From a candidate division TM6 bacterium GW2011_GWF2_37_49 (lineage in GTDB: Bacteria > Babelota > Babeliae > Babelales > RVW-14): 30,378 nucleotides of DNA. A program made the translations under genes and the position numbers. The notes below the pieces were generated by a model, which had not been told where the DNA came from, did no database searches, and saw nothing but the letters and a program-made list of their open reading frames with translations. Position 1 is the first letter of the stretch, and every line of letters starts with the position of its first letter. Below are positions 24,709-30,378 of this stretch, one piece after another. The DNA lies in the NCBI GenBank assembly GCA_945861145.1, contig CAMATL010000013.1, positions 1-30,378 of the forward strand, given 5' to 3'.

Positions 24709-25599
24709 TCATCCCTCGCGCTTGTAATCGGCAAGTACTTCATCAATAACTCGCCAAGATTTTTCTATCTCAAGGCTATTGGTGCCAGGCAGTGCAGCAC
24801 ATACGATTAAAGCCTTCCACAGGGCCCATCCTCGCCCACGCGCCCAAGTGGCACTATCGAGTGGCAGTGCTGCTCGAAATACATCTCGGCTCTCCCCTTT
24901 GAATAATGTCCAAGCAATCACCAAATCACAAGCAGGGTCGCCGACACCAGAACAACCAAAATCAATGACGGCGCTCAACGCGCCATTTTCAACTAATAGA
25001 TTCCCGACAGCAACATCCCCGTGAAACCAGACAGGAAAGCCTTGCCAGGAGGACTCAAGAGCTTTATCCCATACGGCAGTGACCGCGGCAACATCAATCG
25101 CATCGGCAAGAATCGCGAGCGATTGTCTTATTTCAGCATCATAAATTAACAGTGGCCCGCCACAGCGAGAAAAATTATGTGGTCCTCCGGTAGAGTCGAT
25201 TCGCTGCAGAGCAACTAAAAATTCGGCCAAGGCGGTGGCAAATTGCCACAGGTCAGCAATCCGCTCGATCGACACCGTTTCGCCATCAAGCCACTTATAA
25301 ATAGACCAATGCCATGGATACCCTTGGGCAGGCTTACCCATAGCCAAAGGAACAGGAATCGGGAGAGGCAGAAGTGGAGCCAATTTTGGCAACCAACAAT
25401 GTTCTTTTTCCACCGACGAAACATACTCCTCAGCACTCGGTAGCCGAACTGTCATCTGCTCACCGAGATGAAAAGTTCTGTTGTCCCATCCGCCAAACTC
25501 AACCGGCTTAACCGGAAGGTCAGCCCATTGCGGAAATTGCACGGCAACAAGGCGGCGAACAAGAGCGGCATCAATATGAATTTTGTCTGTGTTTGGCAT
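24709..25599 (-). CDS. APH-fold small-molecule kinase (aminoglycoside/choline/sugar phosphotransferase family), compositionally foreign
   Basis: Contains the catalytic HGDVAVGNLLV and IDFGCSGVGDPACDL motifs. Sampled stretches are 48-57% GC against about 36-40% for neighbouring genes. Amino-acid composition is Ala/Leu/Trp/Gly-rich, typical of a high-GC donor. Confidence 0.75.
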   Translation of the reverse strand: MPNTDKIHIDAALVRRLVAVQFPQWADLPVKPVEFGGWDNRTFHLGEQMTVRLPSAEEYVSSVEKEHCWLPKLAPLLPLPIPVPLAMGKPAQGYPWHWSIYKWLDGETVSIERIADLWQFATALAEFLVALQRIDSTGGPHNFSRCGGPLLIYDAEIRQSLAILADAIDVAAVTAVWDKALESSWQGFPVWFHGDVAVGNLLVENGALSAVIDFGCSGVGDPACDLVIAWTLFKGESRDVFRAALPLDSATWARGRGWALWKALIVCAALPGTNSLEIEKSWRVIDEVLADYKREG

Positions 25600-25673
25600 A
25601 ATTATTTCCTATCAAAAATTTGCATTAGCACTGCAAGCCTCACATCCCTAAGTCTTAACAACCCTCAGGGGCC

Positions 25674-25702
25674 TTGACAATAGCTAGAAATCCGCGTTAA
25701 AT
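25674..25702 (+). promoter_or_regulatory. Sigma70-type promoter of cassette copy 2 (TTGACA, 17-bp spacer, TTAAAT)
   Basis: ttgacaatagctagaaatccgcgttaaat, with the same 48-nt distance to the ATG as copy 1. Confidence 0.55.
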
Positions 25703-25750
25703 TTCGCCCAGTTAGTCATTTATTGATGGTTCCTCAGCGAAAGGATTATC

Positions 25751-26095
25751 ATGGATTTACGAATACGATGTAATAATTGTGAGCGAGAAATGCACTTTTT
25801 TGAATTTATGGGGTATGCAGAAGTGTATTTGGTGACTGCTATTGGAGCAGTTTTAGCACCTTTTGCACTAAAAAAACTCGTTGATTATCTTGCAACACCA
25901 ATAACTACACCTCCAACAAAGGGGCTAATTGATATGCCAATGGCCACATTCGCTCGTCAATTTTTTATTAAATGCCCAGATTGTGGTGAATGTTTTTGGC
26001 AACCAGCTTCTGAACCTAAAACAACTACAATATTTCTGAAAAAAAAGGCCACACCAAAAAGTACCAAAAAGAAGGAAGTTACCACTTCAGTTTAA
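25751..26095 (+). CDS. Small cytoplasmic CxxC...CPDC protein with Lys/Ser/Thr-rich tail; family A, copy 2
   Basis: MDLRIRCNNCEREMHFFEFMGYA...IKCPDCGECFW...KKKATPKSTKKKEVTTSV. About 45% identical to 22834..23199. Confidence 0.6.
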   Translation: MDLRIRCNNCEREMHFFEFMGYAEVYLVTAIGAVLAPFALKKLVDYLATPITTPPTKGLIDMPMATFARQFFIKCPDCGECFWQPASEPKTTTIFLKKKATPKSTKKKEVTTSV

Positions 26096-26133
26096 TTTTA
26101 AAATTAATTAAAAATCGGAGAAAGGAGGATGTA

Positions 26134-26670
26134 ATGAAGCTCTTTAAAATCATATTCTTTATCTTGCTCATGATACCATCATCATCATCAGCAGGATCGG
26201 CTAAAAACACAACCTCCAAGAAACCGTTGGTTTATTCCGCAGAGAAAACACCACCCATCTTCCATAGCAACACCTTCAGCTATCTTGCTATGATTCTAAC
26301 AATGGCCCAAATTACAACTCCTTACATAGAAAAACACGGCGTCCACCCTAGATTAACATGCACAGGCTGTGACAAAATGCTTTCACACATGGAGTTTTTT
26401 ACTGAAGCACAAAGTACGATTTTACTTAAAATAATGTTAGGCACTGATGAAATCGAGATCTTTAAGTCTTTTATAAATAAATTTGCTGAATTACTCATAG
26501 CAGAAAATTACGATGCAATCGCAGCATTCATGATAGAATCACTTCAAAATAAAGATATTATCTCTCGGCCTTGCCCAAGCTGTAATAAAAATGCCTGGGT
26601 TTATAAGCCTGGCGATTTAAATCCAGGTACCAATACAAAAGACCATCCTATTCAACATACTGCCACATAA
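26134..26670 (+). CDS. Secreted CxxC...CPSC protein; family B, copy 2
   Basis: Signal peptide MKLFKIIFFILLMIPSSSSA. Core CTGCDKMLSHMEFF...AENYDAIAAFMIESL...RPCPSCNKNAW. About 45% identical to 23238..23759 over the core. Confidence 0.6.
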   Translation: MKLFKIIFFILLMIPSSSSAGSAKNTTSKKPLVYSAEKTPPIFHSNTFSYLAMILTMAQITTPYIEKHGVHPRLTCTGCDKMLSHMEFFTEAQSTILLKIMLGTDEIEIFKSFINKFAELLIAENYDAIAAFMIESLQNKDIISRPCPSCNKNAWVYKPGDLNPGTNTKDHPIQHTAT

Positions 26671-26676
26671 AAAAAT

Positions 26677-27396
26677 TTATCGCTCATTCTGCTGCGGCAA
26701 TTTTTTACGCAAGCTAGCCGAATAGCTCATCGTCCTCGCAATTAATTTCCAGCGAGCTTTTAAGCCTGAATTCCATGAAGATGAGCCGAATTGGCGAGGC
26801 CCAAATGAGACTTGAAAACGAATCAATTTAAGACCAAGCTTTTTTGCCATGTAACAGGCGTACAAATCAAGCGAAAAATCATGTGGCGGGTTTTTCCACT
26901 GCTCAAAAAAACTACGATGAAATATATTTGGCTGGGCATTTATATCCCAGAGAGGCGTCTGCAAATACAGTGTTTCAAACGCGCTCATACCCACGGTAAA
27001 AAACTGATCAAAAATAGGCCGCCCCGCGCGAGCGCCCTTCACAAATAATTTTTCAGATACTGAGCTTTTAGCGATAATGTCATACGCACGAACCACGTCT
27101 CTTGGATCTGCTTGCAGGTCTGCATGCGTCCAACCAAGCAGCTCTCCCGTTGCCACACGCAGCCCACTCAAAATTCCAAAACCGTAACCCTGATTTTTTT
27201 CAACGCGAGTAGTTTTTGCAAACTCGTAACGAGGAAGTAAAGCGGCAAGCACTGCGGCAGTCTCATCAAACGAACCATTATCTACAAGCATCACTTCAAT
27301 ATCTCGATCACCAATAACATCGGCAAAACGATCAAGTAAAAAGGGGATACTTTTTGATTCATTGTAACAAGGCACAATAATTGATAACTTCTTCAT
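26677..27396 (-). CDS. GT2-family glycosyltransferase (dolichyl/polyprenyl-phosphate sugar synthase-like), soluble form
   Basis: LSIIVPCYNE...VMLVDNGSFD...(DxD region) GWTHADLQADP, the N-terminal GT-A fold signatures. GGGAG RBS upstream. Confidence 0.75.
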   Translation of the reverse strand: MKKLSIIVPCYNESKSIPFLLDRFADVIGDRDIEVMLVDNGSFDETAAVLAALLPRYEFAKTTRVEKNQGYGFGILSGLRVATGELLGWTHADLQADPRDVVRAYDIIAKSSVSEKLFVKGARAGRPIFDQFFTVGMSAFETLYLQTPLWDINAQPNIFHRSFFEQWKNPPHDFSLDLYACYMAKKLGLKLIRFQVSFGPRQFGSSSWNSGLKARWKLIARTMSYSASLRKKLPQQNER

Positions 27397-27432
27397 TTAC
27401 TCTACTCCCATTCCCTTTGCAAGGATGCACAC

Positions 27433-28488
27433 ATGCACACAACGACTGTTAAAAAAACATTACTCAAAGCTTGGCTTACATTCTCAGATTTTTTCTACAA
27501 AACAGTTGAAGCGCTGCCTTCAACTGTTTTTTCGCTGGTAGCAACACTACCAATCCTTATTTTCTGGTTATTGATGGTGTATAAAAAACCGATTAACCAC
27601 TTGCCAGCAATTTTTTATCAAGATCAACTAATACAAACGGCTAGCTCGTGGTTCAACCTACCACAAGATCCTACCTCACTGCCAGCAAGTTTTTTGATTT
27701 TTGGGTTACACACAATCAACATCAGTCTTTTTCTATATCTAGCACGCCCCTACCTTTCCAAATTAATGTTGCTCTGGGCGTGCTGGTATATTGGCATCCA
27801 CCCCAGTCATCAATTATGGCTCGGCAAGCTTGAATATTTACCCTACCTGCTTGAATGCATGATGGTCTTGATTACAATCATTTCGATAAAAAAAACCTCC
27901 GCTACAAATGCAATACCACTCAAACGTTTTTTCATTATAGCTCTTATGTTGGGCCTCTGGTTACCCATCAATATCTGGTTTGGCGCTGCATGCGCCACGT
28001 TGGCTGCTGCTTATTTTTGGCCTCTACCGACAACGCAACTAACAATACTTATGAGCAGCTACGCAATTGCACAACTTATTACAATCGTGCAAGGCTTTAC
28101 TATCAATGCAACAGCAATTTTTTTAAACTTACGGCAGACCTTGGTAGCCCTTTTTGGCCTAGGCTGGATTCCAAGCTCTCAACAATGGCTACGTTACTGT
28201 TTTCTTATTTTTTGGGCAGCAAGCTTAATTGGTCTTTTCCTACATACAACTAAGCGTCGCCAAGCAGGACTACTCTTGCTAGCCATTACTGCATACCTAG
28301 TACCGCAAATTTTCATAAAAATGCATCCTGCGTATGTCTACATAGCACTGCCAGCATTCATTACCTCACTTGGTCTGCTTTATGAAAACACGGGCGAAGC
28401 TGATATGCGCAGCGTTATAAAAAGCCTTATCATCCCAATCTACGCCTCTTTTTTATTTAACGTAGTCATGATTTTATTTTGGGCGTAG
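27433..28488 (+). CDS. Polytopic integral membrane protein (351 aa), unknown family; candidate flippase or GT-C-type partner
   Basis: Hydrophobic throughout (about 9-10 helices). AAGGA upstream. Start codon is only 36 bp from the divergent GT2 start. Confidence 0.5.
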   Translation: MHTTTVKKTLLKAWLTFSDFFYKTVEALPSTVFSLVATLPILIFWLLMVYKKPINHLPAIFYQDQLIQTASSWFNLPQDPTSLPASFLIFGLHTINISLFLYLARPYLSKLMLLWACWYIGIHPSHQLWLGKLEYLPYLLECMMVLITIISIKKTSATNAIPLKRFFIIALMLGLWLPINIWFGAACATLAAAYFWPLPTTQLTILMSSYAIAQLITIVQGFTINATAIFLNLRQTLVALFGLGWIPSSQQWLRYCFLIFWAASLIGLFLHTTKRRQAGLLLLAITAYLVPQIFIKMHPAYVYIALPAFITSLGLLYENTGEADMRSVIKSLIIPIYASFLFNVVMILFWA

Positions 28489-28626
28489 CTCTGCTAATGA
28501 TTCGATAAATTTTGCACATTACAAAATAATCCATACCTCATCATGCATGGGGCTGAATGAGCTATGGATTATTTTTAAAAAATTGTTTAGCCTCACAAAA
28601 AGAGTGTTTAGCTAGAAAGAGTTGTA

Positions 28627-29613
28627 ATGAAGACACCACTTCTTTCTGTGGTCATTCCCCTGCTTAATGAAGAAAAGAATCTGCTTCCTTTATACGGTGA
28701 GCTCTCAACAACCACCAAACAGTTGGAGCATTTTAAACATTACGAATTCATTTTTGTTAACGATGGTAGCTGCGACAATTCATTAGATGTTCTAAAAAAA
28801 CTCGCAACGGCTGATGACCGGGTTAAGATCATCTCATTTATAAGAAATTTTGGTCACGAAAATGCCACGTATGCCGGCATACATCATGCCAAAGGTGATG
28901 CGGTTGTTTTAATTGATGCGGACCGCCAAGACCCTGCGGATCTAATTATTGAATTTGAAAAACATTACATAGAAGGCTATGACATTGTTTTTGGTCAACG
29001 CACAAAACGCCTGAACGAATCTTGGTTAAAAAAATGCACTTCTACCCTTTTCTACCCACTCTTTAAAAAATTAACAAAAGTTGATATGCCCTCAAATACA
29101 GGTGATTTTTGCTTGCTAAGCCGTAAGGCAGTAACAACCTTCAAGCTCTTACCAGAAAACCAAGTATTTGTGCGCGGCCTTATTTATTGGTCAGGACTCC
29201 CCAAAAAAGCAGTCCCTTTCGTACGGCGTAGCCGTGCCAGCGGTACATCAAAATACAACTACACAAAACTTACAATCTTTGCCCTAGAAAATATTATTTC
29301 ATTTTCTACCGTTCCAATGTATGCACTTGTATTTGGATCTCTTGGCCTTATAGCTTTATGCAGTCTTGGTGGGCTCATCGCCTTAGTTATGAAAATACTG
29401 GGACTAGTTGTTATGACAGGGTGGACTTCTTTGATGTTGGCACTACTCTTTTTATTTGCCTGCAATTTTTTTGCACTGGGAATTTTAGGCATCTACATCA
29501 GCAAAATCTTCCAGGAATTAAAACAACGGCCAATGTTTGTGGTAAGTGAGCTCATCGGCATTGAAGCAAATACAACTGCCATAGGAGCGAATTATGCTTA
29601 CCTTAAAAAATAA
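28627..29613 (+). CDS. GT2-family polyprenyl-phosphate glycosyltransferase with two C-terminal TM helices (ArnC/GtrB/DPM1-like)
   Basis: LSVVIPLLNEE...FIFVNDGSCD...VLIDADRQDP, plus the C-terminal hydrophobic pair YALVFGSLGLIALCSLGGLIALV / TSLMLALLFLFACNFFALGILGIYI. Confidence 0.8.
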   Translation: MKTPLLSVVIPLLNEEKNLLPLYGELSTTTKQLEHFKHYEFIFVNDGSCDNSLDVLKKLATADDRVKIISFIRNFGHENATYAGIHHAKGDAVVLIDADRQDPADLIIEFEKHYIEGYDIVFGQRTKRLNESWLKKCTSTLFYPLFKKLTKVDMPSNTGDFCLLSRKAVTTFKLLPENQVFVRGLIYWSGLPKKAVPFVRRSRASGTSKYNYTKLTIFALENIISFSTVPMYALVFGSLGLIALCSLGGLIALVMKILGLVVMTGWTSLMLALLFLFACNFFALGILGIYISKIFQELKQRPMFVVSELIGIEANTTAIGANYAYLKK

Positions 29614-30378
29614 CCTACAAACACGTCTCTTTGTTGCAGCCAGTATTGCTATCAGTATTATTTGCATACTTGGTCTACCATTCACAAAATGGGGCTTTAA
29701 AACGGACGATTGGGCAAATATTTTACACAGCCAATTATCATCATGTAATGATGTTAAAACCTTGTTTACAGAAGGCAATATGGAAAGTATTAATCACCCA
29801 TCAAATATGGATACTGATACTGGATCATTCTTACAAGGCTTGTACCGCCCCATGTCTTTTATTTTTTATTACCCACAAACATTACTTTTTGGCACACAAG
29901 CTTACGGCTATTTTTTGGTTACCGTAGCAATACACGCCCTTAATGCTGGGTTATTTTTCTTAATCCTCAGTAGTTTTTTTAGCATCGGCGCATCATTTTT
30001 AGCAGCCCTTTTTTTTGGTTTTCACCCAAGCCTGCAAAACTGGTTAGGATGGATCAGCGCTCAAACTTACTTTATTGAGCTACTGCTTTTAGGATGTATT
30101 TTTGTCTCTTTTTATCAGTGGCTACAAACTCGGCACATGAGATGGTACACACTTTCAATAACATTATTTTTCATAAATTTATTACTCAAGGAAGCGACAA
30201 TCATTCTTCCTGCATGGATTTTTCTTGCTACCCTGATGTACACAAAAACAACTTTAAAAACTTGCTGGCTCGCTTTTAAAAACTCACTAGGCTTCATTGC
30301 AGTAGCCGGTGCATACTGCCTCTGCAGACTCTATTCCATGCCCTTTAGTAGCAGCAATACAACAACGCTTGGCTTTGC
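29594..30378 (+). CDS. Second GT-C (PMT/ArnT-like) membrane glycosyltransferase, paralog of 15302..16918; 3' end beyond the window, so absent from the ORF track
   Basis: Hand-translated: 261 codons with no stop. LGLPFTKWGFKTDDWANILH, LYRPMSF, GYFLVTVAIHALNAG, LQNWLGWISAQ and LLKEATIILPAWIF align with LGLPYLSWGFGVDDFGLVWH, LYRPLLY, GYLLVSSLLHGLNAV, LNWFGWATAQ and LLTRETILVLPLWV of the other gene. Overlaps the GT2 stop by 20 bp. Confidence 0.7.
   Translation, partial: MLTLKNNLQTRLFVAASIAISIICILGLPFTKWGFKTDDWANILHSQLSSCNDVKTLFTEGNMESINHPSNMDTDTGSFLQGLYRPMSFIFYYPQTLLFGTQAYGYFLVTVAIHALNAGLFFLILSSFFSIGASFLAALFFGFHPSLQNWLGWISAQTYFIELLLLGCIFVSFYQWLQTRHMRWYTLSITLFFINLLLKEATIILPAWIFLATLMYTKTTLKTCWLAFKNSLGFIAVAGAYCLCRLYSMPFSSSNTTTLGF

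Noticed and set aside
24489-24749. 86-aa ORF spanning the GC-rich palindrome
   Set aside because: Its translation is dominated by the palindrome arms (RLAGRDDRRG / PPCEP) and it overlaps the APH stop. Spurious.
1-30378. CRISPR arrays, IS elements, integrases, tRNA or rRNA genes
   Set aside because: No short regularly spaced repeats, no transposase- or integrase-like ORFs, no tRNA-like cloverleaf signatures (GGTTCGAnTCC), and no rRNA-like conserved blocks were seen on either strand.

Overview
This 30.4-kb window is a bacterial chromosomal segment, about 40% GC by eye but compositionally uneven. I found no rRNA, tRNA, CRISPR array, transposase or integrase.

Positions 1 to about 15.3 kb are mostly housekeeping genes: a 5'-truncated AMP-forming acyl-CoA synthetase, a CorC/CNNM-type transporter, an MsbA-like ABC exporter, an NfeD / small-membrane-protein / flotillin operon, a DdpX/VanX-type D-Ala-D-Ala dipeptidase, hisS, and an isolated murE.

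This stretch is interrupted at 4.4-6.9 kb by an insertion scar. About 190 bp (the shared bidirectional terminator plus the last ~40 codons of the flotillin gene) is present twice and brackets roughly 2.3 kb of inserted sequence. The inserted sequence carries an MNT-HEPN toxin-antitoxin-like pair, and a two-gene cassette of unknown proteins that has inserted cleanly into the degraded flotillin-tail copy.

From 15.3 kb to the window end lies what looks like a glycoconjugate-decoration island:
- GT-C (PMT/ArnT-like) membrane glycosyltransferase paralogs at both ends.
- Two GT2 (DPM/ArnC/GtrB-like) genes.
- An operon encoding a polytopic membrane domain fused to a phosphoribulokinase-family kinase, translationally coupled to a HAD phosphatase and a class-II-aldolase-family protein.
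- One polypeptide with two tandem sugar-phosphate nucleotidyltransferase domains.
- A GNAT acetyltransferase.
- An APH-fold kinase that is distinctly GC-richer than its neighbours and looks foreign.

Interleaved with these are two diverged copies of a two-gene cassette. Each copy has a small cytoplasmic CxxC...CPxC protein and a secreted CxxC...CPxC paralog, four paralogs in all of an apparently undescribed family. The two copies share an almost identical sigma70-type promoter and leader even though the proteins have drifted to about 45% identity. Cassette copy 1 is flanked by a ~200-bp direct duplication of the nucleotidyltransferase gene's 3' end.

All calls rest on motif-level reading of the sequence. 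No database search was run.
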